The notes beneath the pieces were generated by a model. That model did not search any database. It saw only the letters and a list, made by a program, of their open reading frames with translations, and was not told where the DNA came from. 32,000 bases of DNA from an uncultured Opitutales bacterium (GTDB taxonomy: Bacteria > Verrucomicrobiota > Verrucomicrobiia > Opitutales > Intestinicryptomonadaceae): positions 60,001 through 92,000 of the forward strand of contig CAKTSY010000001.1 of the NCBI GenBank assembly GCA_934613415.1, written 5' to 3'. Shown piece by piece: positions 24,626 to 32,000 of this stretch (position 1 is its first letter; each line of letters begins with the position of its first letter). The translations under genes were made by a program, and so were the position numbers.

Positions 24626-25252
24626 TTATTTCCTTAAACGCGCGCAAATCGGGCATAGTGTTTCGGGGCTTTTGCAGGTGTGCGCCTTGCAAAAATTGCG
24701 GCCGTAGTAGATAAACTGCAAGTGCAAATTGTGCCAATATTTTTGCGGAAAAAGTTTTTTTAAGTCGGCTTCGGTTTGCTCTACGCTTTTGCCGCTGCTT
24801 AGCTTCCAGCGTTGGGCAAGTCTATGAATGTGGGTGTCTACCGGGAAAGCGGGCTTGCCGAAGGCCTGCGACATAAGCACGCTTGCGGTTTTGTGCCCCA
24901 CCCCCGGCAAAGATTCCAAATCGGCAAAATTGTCGGGAACAATGCCGTTGTATTTTTCGGTTAAAATACGGCTAAGCTCTTTTATGTTCTTTGCCTTGTT
25001 TTTGTATAAACCGCAGCTTTTTATTGCATTTTCGATTTTTTCTATGGGCAATTTTGCCATTTTTTGCGGGGTATTTGCCAGTTTAAACAAAGCGGGCGTT
25101 GTAAGGTTTACCCTTTTGTCGGTGCACTGTGCCGAAAGCAAAACGGCAATCAAAAACGAGAAATTGTCGAATCTGTCTAACGGAATTTGCGGGTTTGGGC
25201 ACGCCTTGTTCAATTCCTCTAAAACTATTTTTGCCCTTTCTTGCTTAGTCAT
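24626..25252 (-). CDS. nth: Endonuclease III (DNA glycosylase/AP lyase)
   Basis: HhH-GPD signature LESLPGVGHKTASVLM (catalytic Lys), VDTHIHRL (catalytic Asp), and a four-Cys cluster at the C-terminus (FCKAHTCKSPETLCPIC). Confidence 0.93.
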   Translation of the reverse strand: MTKQERAKIVLEELNKACPNPQIPLDRFDNFSFLIAVLLSAQCTDKRVNLTTPALFKLANTPQKMAKLPIEKIENAIKSCGLYKNKAKNIKELSRILTEKYNGIVPDNFADLESLPGVGHKTASVLMSQAFGKPAFPVDTHIHRLAQRWKLSSGKSVEQTEADLKKLFPQKYWHNLHLQFIYYGRNFCKAHTCKSPETLCPICARLRK

Positions 25253-25325
25253 AGTTGTCTACGCAATACTTTTGCAAAAAAATACTCAAGCGAATTTTTT
25301 GCAGAACTCCGTACTTTTTAAGCGC

Positions 25326-25356
25326 AAAAAAAAATGCGCCGTAAAACTACGGCACA
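25326..25356 (-). terminator. Intrinsic terminator of the pnt operon
   Basis: Minus-strand UGUGCCGUA-GUUU-UACGGCGCA (9 bp, one G.U pair) is followed by U9. Confidence 0.85.
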
Positions 25357-25396
25357 TAAATTTTTTGAAACTGTTTTTTGTATTGCCCTAAAAAAT

Positions 25397-26836
25397 CTAT
25401 TCCTTGAACTTTGCCGACAATGCCGTAATTGTAGATTTTGCGTCGCCGTAAAGCATTCGGGTGTTGGGCGCGTAGAACAGTTTGTTTACCAAGCCCGAAA
25501 AGCCAGCGCCTTGCCCTCTTTTAAGGCAAAATACGGTCTTTGCCCTGTAGGCTTCTATAATGGGCATTCCGTATATGGGGCTGCCTTTGTCTTGAGCGGC
25601 GGCGGGGTTTACAACGTCGTTTGCGCCTATAACAATGGCAACGTCTACATTGTCCATAAGCGCGTTTGCCGTTTGCATATCGCAAAGCTGCTCGTAGGCA
25701 ACATCGGCTTCGGCAAGCAAAACGTTCATATGCCCGGGCATTCTGCCAGCAACGGGGTGTATTGCATAGTGCACTTCGGCGCCGTTGTTTTCCAAAATAT
25801 TTGCAAGTTCTTTTACCGCGTGTTGGGCTTGGGCAACCGCCATTCCGTAGCCTGGAATAATCATTACATTTTGTGCGGCTTCTAAAATATAGTAGGCGTC
25901 GTCTACCGAAATGGGTTTCATTTCGCCTTCTACATTTTGTTGCGCTGCCGAATTTGCAGCACCAAAGCCCGAAAACAGAACATTGTGCAAAGTTCTGTTC
26001 ATTGCCTTGCACATAATTACGGTAAGTATTACGCCGCTAGCTCCTACCAAGCAGCCCGCAACAATAAGCACGTTGTTTTGAATTACAAAACCCGCCGCGC
26101 ACGCCGCCAAACCGCTTAAGCTGTTTAAAAGCGAAATTACAACGGGCATATCTCCGCCGCCAATGGGCATTACAAATATAAAGCCCAATATTAGCGACAG
26201 CGCGCTTACCGCCAAAATTGCGCCCCAACCAAGCCCGAAATTTGCCGTATACACAAAAAATGCAGAAACAATTAGCGTTATTACTGCAAATAAAGCGTTT
26301 ATAGATTTTTGCCCCCTAAACACCTTTGCCCTGCCCGATATTTTGCCCGAAAGCTTGCCCCAGGCGTAGACGGAACCTGTAAATGTAATGCCACCAATTA
26401 CAATAGAGGCGACTATTGCAAAGCGCGTAAACGCGTCGGGCATATGCGAAACAATTTCGGCCTTTGCCAAAAGCGACTGCGACAAAACCATATCGTAGTA
26501 ATATTCGCCGAAAGCTACAAGCAAGCTTGCCAAACCGCCAAAGCCGTTTAGCAGAGCCACCATTTCGGGCATGGAAGTCATTTTAACCTTTTTTGCCACA
26601 ATAAGCCCTACAAACGCGCCAAACGCCAGGCCGCCAATAAGCAGCGCCCACGAAAGCGCGTCGTTGCAGTCCAATATCTTTTTGTCGAAAAGCGTAACAA
26701 CAACCGCCAAAAGCATACCTACCGACGACAGCATATTGCCGCGCCTTGCGCTTTCGGGCTTGCCGAGCATTTTAATGCCCAAAATGAAGAGTACCGAAGA
26801 AACGATGTAGGCAAAATTTATGTATGCTATATCCAT
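25397..26836 (-). CDS. pntB: NAD(P) transhydrogenase subunit beta
   Basis: 479 aa. An N-terminal multi-TM domain is followed by the C-terminal NADP(H)-binding dIII domain (VMIIPGYGMAVAQAQH, HPVAGRMPGHMNVLLAEA, VIGANDVVNP). Confidence 0.95.
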   Translation of the reverse strand: MDIAYINFAYIVSSVLFILGIKMLGKPESARRGNMLSSVGMLLAVVVTLFDKKILDCNDALSWALLIGGLAFGAFVGLIVAKKVKMTSMPEMVALLNGFGGLASLLVAFGEYYYDMVLSQSLLAKAEIVSHMPDAFTRFAIVASIVIGGITFTGSVYAWGKLSGKISGRAKVFRGQKSINALFAVITLIVSAFFVYTANFGLGWGAILAVSALSLILGFIFVMPIGGGDMPVVISLLNSLSGLAACAAGFVIQNNVLIVAGCLVGASGVILTVIMCKAMNRTLHNVLFSGFGAANSAAQQNVEGEMKPISVDDAYYILEAAQNVMIIPGYGMAVAQAQHAVKELANILENNGAEVHYAIHPVAGRMPGHMNVLLAEADVAYEQLCDMQTANALMDNVDVAIVIGANDVVNPAAAQDKGSPIYGMPIIEAYRAKTVFCLKRGQGAGFSGLVNKLFYAPNTRMLYGDAKSTITALSAKFKE

Positions 26837-26839
26837 TTT

Positions 26840-27118
26840 CTACTTTCCCTTCTTTTTGAACATTGCAAGCATTCTGTCGGTAACGACGTAGCCGCCCACC
26901 ACGTTAACGGTTGCCAAAACAAGGGCAAAAAGCCCTATAATTGTTGCACACAGGCTGTTTGGCGTGCCGCCTACGGCAAGCATTGCGCCTACAATGGTTA
27001 TCCCGCTAATTGCGTTAGACCCACTCATTAGCGGCGTATGCAGCTGGCTTGGAACTTTGCTTATAAGCTCGAAGCCCAAAAACGCCGAAAGCGTAAATAT
27101 AAACAATAACAACATCAT
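26840..27118 (-). CDS. pntAB: NAD(P) transhydrogenase subunit alpha, part 2 (membrane segment)
   Basis: A 92-aa hydrophobic protein (three predicted TM helices; HTPLMSGSNAISGI motif) lying between pntAA and pntB, with 9-nt and 3-nt gaps. Confidence 0.9.
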   Translation of the reverse strand: MMLLLFIFTLSAFLGFELISKVPSQLHTPLMSGSNAISGITIVGAMLAVGGTPNSLCATIIGLFALVLATVNVVGGYVVTDRMLAMFKKKGK

Positions 27119-27127
27119 AACAAATCC

Positions 27128-28246
27128 TTATTTAAAACGTTCGTCTGTAATTGCCCCGTTGTATACAACCACGCACGACTTTAAAATGTCGTTTTGCATA
27201 TCCAAAACAAAACCATTTTCGGGAGTCGAAAAGTGCTCTATAAAGTTTACCAAGTTTGCGCTATACATTTGGCTTGCGCTTTGAGCTACCAGCGACTCGA
27301 TATTTGTTTTGCCGATAATCAAAACGCCGTTTTCGGTTAAAACTTCTTCGTCGGCTTTAGAGCCTTCAACATTGCCGCCGCCTTCAACGGCTAAGTCTAC
27401 AATAACGCTGCCGGGCTTCATTTTAGCAACCATTTCTTTGCTGATAATTTGCGGTGCTTTGCGCCCGAACAGCTTTGCGGTGGTAATAATAACGTCGGCT
27501 TGCGAGCAAACCTTTGTCATGCCGATTCGCTGTTTTTCAAGCTGCTCTTCGGTTAAGGCTTTGGCATAGCCTTGCGCGGTTTGACCTGTTTGCCCTAGGT
27601 CTATCTTTACAAATTTTGCCCCAAGGCTTTTTACCTGCTCTTCTACAACGGGGCGCGTATCGAAAGCTTCCACCCTGCCGCCAAGCCTTTTTGCCGTGGC
27701 AATTGCCTGAAGCCCTGCAACGCCAACGCCCACAATAAAAAACTTTACGGGGTTTATCGTTCCGCTGGGCGTCATCATCATGGGAACAACCCTGTTTATC
27801 CTTTCGGATGCAACCAAAACCGACATATAGCCCGCCAAGTTCGACTGCGAGCTTAGAGCGTCCATCTTTTGGGCTATGGTGCTGCGTGGTATTAGCTCGA
27901 AACACGCAGCGTTTACATTTGCCTTTGCAAAAGTTGCAATAAGCTCTTTTTCGTTAAAAGGGTCCATAAAACTTATATGGAAAGACCCCGATTTGCGCCC
28001 AAGCACCTTTTGTATGCTTGGCTTGCGCACGCTTGCAACAAAGTCGGCATTAAATTCGGCGTCTTTTGCGGCAACCTTTGCCCCCGCCGATTCGTAGTCG
28101 GAATCGGCAAAGCCCGATTTCGCCCCCGCCTGCGATTCTACCGAAACAGCCCAACCTGCCTTTACAAGCTTTGCCGCGTCGGAGGGAATAAGGGCAACTC
28201 TGCCTTCTTTTTCGTCGCTTTCTTTTGGTATAAATATATTTTGCAT
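27128..28246 (-). CDS. pntAA: NAD(P) transhydrogenase subunit alpha, part 1 (dI, NAD(H)-binding)
   Basis: 372 aa of the alanine-dehydrogenase/PNT family: IPKESDEKEGRVALIP, Rossmann VGVGVAGLQAIATAKRLGGRVEAFDTR. Confidence 0.93.
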   Translation of the reverse strand: MQNIFIPKESDEKEGRVALIPSDAAKLVKAGWAVSVESQAGAKSGFADSDYESAGAKVAAKDAEFNADFVASVRKPSIQKVLGRKSGSFHISFMDPFNEKELIATFAKANVNAACFELIPRSTIAQKMDALSSQSNLAGYMSVLVASERINRVVPMMMTPSGTINPVKFFIVGVGVAGLQAIATAKRLGGRVEAFDTRPVVEEQVKSLGAKFVKIDLGQTGQTAQGYAKALTEEQLEKQRIGMTKVCSQADVIITTAKLFGRKAPQIISKEMVAKMKPGSVIVDLAVEGGGNVEGSKADEEVLTENGVLIIGKTNIESLVAQSASQMYSANLVNFIEHFSTPENGFVLDMQNDILKSCVVVYNGAITDERFK

Positions 28247-28305
28247 ACGTTGTTATGTTAATAACTAAAAAATTTTTGCTCAAGCTTTTTTTGTTTTTTA
28301 CGACA

Positions 28306-28334
28306 ATTTCAGCAATGCAATAGATGTTTGACAA
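28306..28334 (-). promoter_or_regulatory. Candidate promoter of the pnt operon
   Basis: On the minus strand: TTGTCA (28334-28329), 17 nt of spacer, TGAAAT (28311-28306). The -35 overlaps a plus-strand TTGACA (28328-28333) that faces shc. Confidence 0.3.
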
Positions 28335-28381
28335 ATCGCCCAAAATTTGGGAAATTTAAACTATAAATATACTTTGATTTT

Positions 28382-30415
28382 ATGAATATTTCAGCCCCCG
28401 ATAGCGCAATAAAAAGCAACAGTTTAGACGAAACAATACGCAAAGCCTCTAAATGGATAGTTTCCAGGCAAGACAAAAACGGCATTTGGGTTGCCCCGTT
28501 GGAAACAAACTGCTGTATGGAAGCCCAGTGGCTTTTGGCAATGTATTTTATAGGCTATAACGACCCCAAAAAAGAGGGAGTTATTAGGTATATTTTAGAC
28601 AGACAGCGCCCCGACGGCTCGTGGGACGTTTATTACGGCGCAGAGCAAGGCGACATAAATACGACTCTTGAATGTTATTTTGCATTAAGGGTTTGCGGTT
28701 TTGACCCCGACGAAGCAATTATGCAAAAGGCAAGGAAATGGCTGCTTGAAAATAAGTGGACAGAACATATTAGGGTGTTTACCAAATATTGGCTTGCGCT
28801 CTTTGGCGAATGGCCCTGGGCAAACACGCCGGTACTGCCGCCCGAAATAGTATTTTTGCCGCCGTGGTGCCCTTTTAATATCTACGACTTTGCCTGCTGG
28901 GCAAGGTCTACAATGATGCCTATTTCTATTTTAACGGTGCGCCGCCCGATAAAGAAATTGCCCAACAACTTGCAGCTTAACGAGTTATACCCTGAAGGCC
29001 GCAATTCGGTAGACTACCGCCTGCCCCGCAAAAACGATTCGGTATTTTCGTGGGAAAATTTCTTTATGAAGCTAGACCGAATGTTGCACGCCTACAACCG
29101 CGTGCCAATTAAGCCTTTTAGGGAAAGTGCAATTAAGCTTGTAATGCAGTGGCTGCTGCAGCACCAAGACGAAGACGGCGCATGGGGCGGCATTCAGCCC
29201 CCGTGGATATACACTATTATTGCAATGCATGTAGAGGGCTTCCCTATAGACCAAGTGAATATGAAAACCGCCATAGACGCGTTTAACCACCACTGGCGCG
29301 TAGACAAGGGAATGGGGATTATGCTTCAGGCGTCGGAAAGCCCCATTTGGGACACTTTTCTTACAATGACAGCCCTTATAGATTCGGGCGAAACTTTGGG
29401 GAGTTGCCCCGAACTGGTTAAGGCGCTAGACTATGTGCTTTTAAAAGAAAACAAATATTACGGCGACTGGGCGCAAAAAGTTGGCAAAGTTGTAAAGCCA
29501 AGCGGCTGGGCATTTCAAAGGGCAAACAATTTTTACCCCGATATAGACGACGCGGCCATTGCCCTTATTGCGCTAAAAAAAGTGCAAAAGCTTTTGCCCA
29601 AAGAATCTGAACGCTACCGCAGCATAGACGAAGCAATACGCCGCGATGTAGACTGGATTTTGGCAATGCAGTGCGACAACGGCGGCTGGGCTGCGTTCGA
29701 CAAAAACAATACTCGCAACTTTGTTACAAAAATCCCGTTTTGCGACTTTGGCGAGGTGTTAGACCCCCCAAGTGCCGACGTTACCGCCCACGTTGTAGAG
29801 GCATTGATTACCTACGGCTTGTCGCGCAACCACCCCGCCATTGCCAAGGCGCTTGAATTTTTATATTCCGAGCAGGAAGACGACGGCTCGTGGTTTGGGC
29901 GTTGGGGCGTAAACTATGTTTACGGAACCAGCGCGGTTTTGCCTGCCCTTATGGCTGCGGGCGACACTACCGACTGCCTGCACATTAAACGCGCGGTTTC
30001 GTGGCTAATTTCAAAGCAAAATGCCGACGGCGGCTGGGGCGAAAGCATTGCATCTTATATGGAGCCAAAATATTCGGGTACGGGCATTCCCTCTACGGCG
30101 TCGCAAACGGCGTGGGCTTTAATGGCGTTAAATTCCACCAACGACAAAAGCTATAACGAATATATTAAAAAAGGCGTAAAGTTTTTGGAAAATTCCATGA
30201 ACGAAGACGGCACTTGGAACGAGCCGTATTATACGGGCACGGGCTTTCCGGGCTACGGATTGGGAGCTAAGGTAGACTTGCGCAACGGCGCGCCCCTGCC
30301 GCAGGGCAAAGAATTGGCAAGGGGCTTTATGCTAAACTATAATTGGTATAGACACTATTTCCCCCTAATGGCTTTGGGCAGAGTAAGAGCCAGCAAAAAG
30401 TTGGAAGAACAATAA
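28382..30415 (+). CDS. shc: Squalene-hopene cyclase
   Basis: 677 aa with multiple QW repeats (RQRPDGSWD, HQDEDGAWGG, QCDNGGWAAF, QEDDGSWFGRWG, QNADGGWGE). The catalytic Asp-rich motif is FYPDIDDAA (29540-29557). SPIWDT and GWAFQ motifs are collinear with Alicyclobacillus SHC. Confidence 0.95.
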   Translation: MNISAPDSAIKSNSLDETIRKASKWIVSRQDKNGIWVAPLETNCCMEAQWLLAMYFIGYNDPKKEGVIRYILDRQRPDGSWDVYYGAEQGDINTTLECYFALRVCGFDPDEAIMQKARKWLLENKWTEHIRVFTKYWLALFGEWPWANTPVLPPEIVFLPPWCPFNIYDFACWARSTMMPISILTVRRPIKKLPNNLQLNELYPEGRNSVDYRLPRKNDSVFSWENFFMKLDRMLHAYNRVPIKPFRESAIKLVMQWLLQHQDEDGAWGGIQPPWIYTIIAMHVEGFPIDQVNMKTAIDAFNHHWRVDKGMGIMLQASESPIWDTFLTMTALIDSGETLGSCPELVKALDYVLLKENKYYGDWAQKVGKVVKPSGWAFQRANNFYPDIDDAAIALIALKKVQKLLPKESERYRSIDEAIRRDVDWILAMQCDNGGWAAFDKNNTRNFVTKIPFCDFGEVLDPPSADVTAHVVEALITYGLSRNHPAIAKALEFLYSEQEDDGSWFGRWGVNYVYGTSAVLPALMAAGDTTDCLHIKRAVSWLISKQNADGGWGESIASYMEPKYSGTGIPSTASQTAWALMALNSTNDKSYNEYIKKGVKFLENSMNEDGTWNEPYYTGTGFPGYGLGAKVDLRNGAPLPQGKELARGFMLNYNWYRHYFPLMALGRVRASKKLEEQ

Positions 30416-30447
30416 CCAACCAAAAAATCTCCCCTTAAAAAACCAAC

Positions 30448-30484
30448 AAAAACGCAGCAACTTTTTCGGTTGCCGCGTTTTTTG
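30448..30484. terminator. Bidirectional intrinsic terminator (shc and the 90-aa gene)
   Basis: ACGCAGCAAC-N7-GTTGCCGCGT is followed by a T-run on the plus strand. On the minus strand the stem is perfect (one G.U pair) and is followed by UUUUUGUUGG. Confidence 0.8.
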
Positions 30485-30535
30485 TTTTTTTGGGATAAGG
30501 AATTGCTTAAAATAGCTTATTTCTTTGCATATTTT

Positions 30536-30808
30536 TTACTTGTTGTAACCGCGTACTTCAAACCCCAAATCCTTCAAGGCTTTTGCCGCTGTGTGCGAAA
30601 TAAAATTGTCGGGGCCAATGCTGTCATTGCTGCTTATCGAATTATGGGCAAGTTCGCATACATATTTTACAGGGTAGTCTGCATTACTGTTTGGATTGCA
30701 AACGGTAATGCTTCTTGCGTCTCTGCGTTCGGGAATACCGTTTTCGTCTATATACTTCATTGCCGACACGACAGAATCAGCTGTTATATTCAGTTTCATA
30801 TATTCCAT
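30536..30808 (-). CDS. Small hypothetical protein, stand-alone domain resembling N-terminal head/sensor domains of ScoMcrA-type HNH restriction enzymes (tentative)
   Basis: 90 aa. The pattern KYIDENG..(x)..DYPVKYVCELAHN...(x)..DNF...AAKALKDLGFEV matches, from memory, the (Y.D.LG ... Y.SKA..g.AH ... F.GG ... L..LGFxV) module found at the N-terminus of some type IV HNH enzymes. No catalytic domain follows it. An SD-like AAGGA lies upstream. The antisense 121-aa ORF is low-complexity. Confidence 0.5.
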   Translation of the reverse strand: MEYMKLNITADSVVSAMKYIDENGIPERRDARSITVCNPNSNADYPVKYVCELAHNSISSNDSIGPDNFISHTAAKALKDLGFEVRGYNK

Positions 30809-30890
30809 AGTTTTATCCTTATTTTCCCTTATTAGTATGAATTGGTTTGTTTAATGTCAAATCAATATACGAGGCCGAAAAATTCTTTAA

Positions 30891-32000
30891 CTAAAGCGAT
30901 TTTTGTTTGGGTCGGTGCTTAAAAAATTCTTCTAAAATTTCTTTCTTTTGCTTTTCGTACTTGGTTTTGTCGGGCTCGAACGAATAAATATTTATTTCAG
31001 ATTCGAAGTGCTCGTCCTGAAAATTTCTATCGCTAATAATTGCATATGAAGCAACAATATTATCTTTAACAATATACCTCATATAGGTTCCTTTCGGCGT
31101 TATTATACTGCCAAAATTCCGTATTCCGACAAAGTAATGTCCTACCGTATCTTGCCCCTCGAAACCAAAAAAATAAAGATCTGACGATGTAAATGTGCCG
31201 CCGCCGTTGTCCAAACATTCTATAACTTGTAGGTTATTAGACAACGCACCAATATAGTTCAAATAAAGAAACCCTGCATATGTTCCATCCTCGTTTTTTC
31301 GACTATAATCAATAATATTTTCTTTAATTTCAACGCTGCCTCGAATAAAAAATCTATTGCTTTGACCGGGATCTACCAGCCATATCCCGCTTGCATTGTC
31401 GCTCATCCAAGCTATCATCTCGTTTATAGCGCATACATTAACAAGGTGTTTTTTTTCAAAACCGGCTTCGTTTCTGCTTGATTTTGGCAAGGAATTGTAA
31501 TCAACCAAAAATTTATCTTCGTTAAAAACATTTTTGTTTTTAACGCGGTAACTCCACTCGACTGATTCTTGGGGAATAAATGTAAACGGCGACTCTTCTT
31601 GCGAAAGCAAATTTTTTGGGTTAACATAGGTTAAATCGTGTTCGTTTATTTCGGCAATTTTGCCATAATAAAGCTCGTAATAACATCTTGCCCCAAAATC
31701 GGTTAACGAAGCCGTCAGCATAAGTTCAAAGGCTTTTGATGGAGCTTTTTCAACCCCAACGCCTTCGTTTAACATAAGAGCATACATAAGAAATGCCTGA
31801 GAATTTTCGCATTGCATTGCAAGACGAAGCAAAAAAATTGCCTTTTTAATATCGGGCACAATTTTCAGTCTTTTGCCTGCGGTTAAATACTTACTTAAGT
31901 CACTATAATCGATATATTGAAAACCCCATACCCTTTGCGCCAAATGTTTTTTGCCGAAGTAAATAATAGCCAAATCCATCTGCAAATCTTTATCTTTTGC
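30891..32000 (-). CDS. Hypothetical protein with N-terminal Sel1-like repeat(s) and an uncharacterised beta-rich C-terminal region (5' end may lie outside the window)
   Basis: Sel1-type repeat IKKAIFLLRLAMQCENSQAFLMYALMLNEGVGVEKAPSKAFELM. The listed start at 31985 is TTG. ATG 31979 is an alternative start, and the frame stays open to base 32000. G+C is markedly lower than in neighbouring genes. I recognise no motif in the C-terminal ~230 aa. Confidence 0.6.
   Translation of the reverse strand, partial: AKDKDLQMDLAIIYFGKKHLAQRVWGFQYIDYSDLSKYLTAGKRLKIVPDIKKAIFLLRLAMQCENSQAFLMYALMLNEGVGVEKAPSKAFELMLTASLTDFGARCYYELYYGKIAEINEHDLTYVNPKNLLSQEESPFTFIPQESVEWSYRVKNKNVFNEDKFLVDYNSLPKSSRNEAGFEKKHLVNVCAINEMIAWMSDNASGIWLVDPGQSNRFFIRGSVEIKENIIDYSRKNEDGTYAGFLYLNYIGALSNNLQVIECLDNGGGTFTSSDLYFFGFEGQDTVGHYFVGIRNFGSIITPKGTYMRYIVKDNIVASYAIISDRNFQDEHFESEINIYSFEPDKTKYEKQKKEILEEFFKHRPKQKSL

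Noticed and set aside
24828-25885. Plus-strand ORFs 24828-25391 (187 aa) and 25334-25885 (183 aa)
   Set aside because: They are antisense to nth and pntB respectively and span the nth-pntB intergenic terminator. No motifs were recognised.
30470-30835. 121-aa plus-strand ORF opposite the 90-aa gene
   Set aside because: It starts within the shc terminator T-run and is Phe/Ile/Tyr-rich low-complexity sequence. The minus-strand frame has a domain-like pattern and an SD-like element.
1-32000. Search by eye for CRISPR arrays, long tandem or inverted repeats, IS elements, tRNA and rRNA genes
   Set aside because: I saw no regularly spaced direct repeats, no transposase or integrase-like ORFs and no tRNA-like T-arm other than the one in tmRNA. 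A computational repeat/tRNA scan (CRISPRCasFinder, tRNAscan-SE, ISEScan) would be needed to exclude them formally.

Overview
This is a 32-kb chromosomal segment. Hand counts of sampled stretches give about 45-48% G+C over most of it. Well-recognisable core genes dominate: a 5'-truncated SulP/STAS anion transporter, tmRNA (ssrA), single-chain pyruvate:ferredoxin oxidoreductase (nifJ), thiol peroxidase (tpx), an overlapping addB-addA helicase-nuclease pair, meso-diaminopimelate dehydrogenase (ddh), endonuclease III (nth), a three-gene transhydrogenase operon (pntAA-pntAB-pntB) and squalene-hopene cyclase (shc). Between them lie secreted carbohydrate-active enzymes (GH39-like, GH5-like, GH92) and a PEP-CTERM-anchored beta-helix surface protein. 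Most gene ends carry clean hairpin+T-run terminators. Several TTGACA/TTGAAT-N16-17-TAnAAT-like promoters sit very close to start codons that lack Shine-Dalgarno sequences. The gene content (PEP-CTERM, autotransporter-associated beta-strand repeats, a PSCyt-type haem motif, PFOR) suggests a PVC-superphylum-like anaerobe, but this is inference only. I saw no CRISPR array, rRNA, tRNA, transposase or integrase. I did not find a convincing multi-gene novel system. The best follow-up candidates are: (1) a ~1060-aa secreted protein fusing a CBM-like domain, a beta-propeller and three CxxCH sites (HzsA-related); (2) a low-GC two-gene module at the right edge, made of a Sel1-repeat/unknown-domain protein and a 90-aa stand-alone domain resembling restriction-enzyme head domains, which probably continues outside the window; (3) a PEP-CTERM gene remnant directly behind ssrA whose reading frame runs through an intrinsic terminator; (4) an orphan promoter-terminator unit of about 200 nt between two convergent GH genes.
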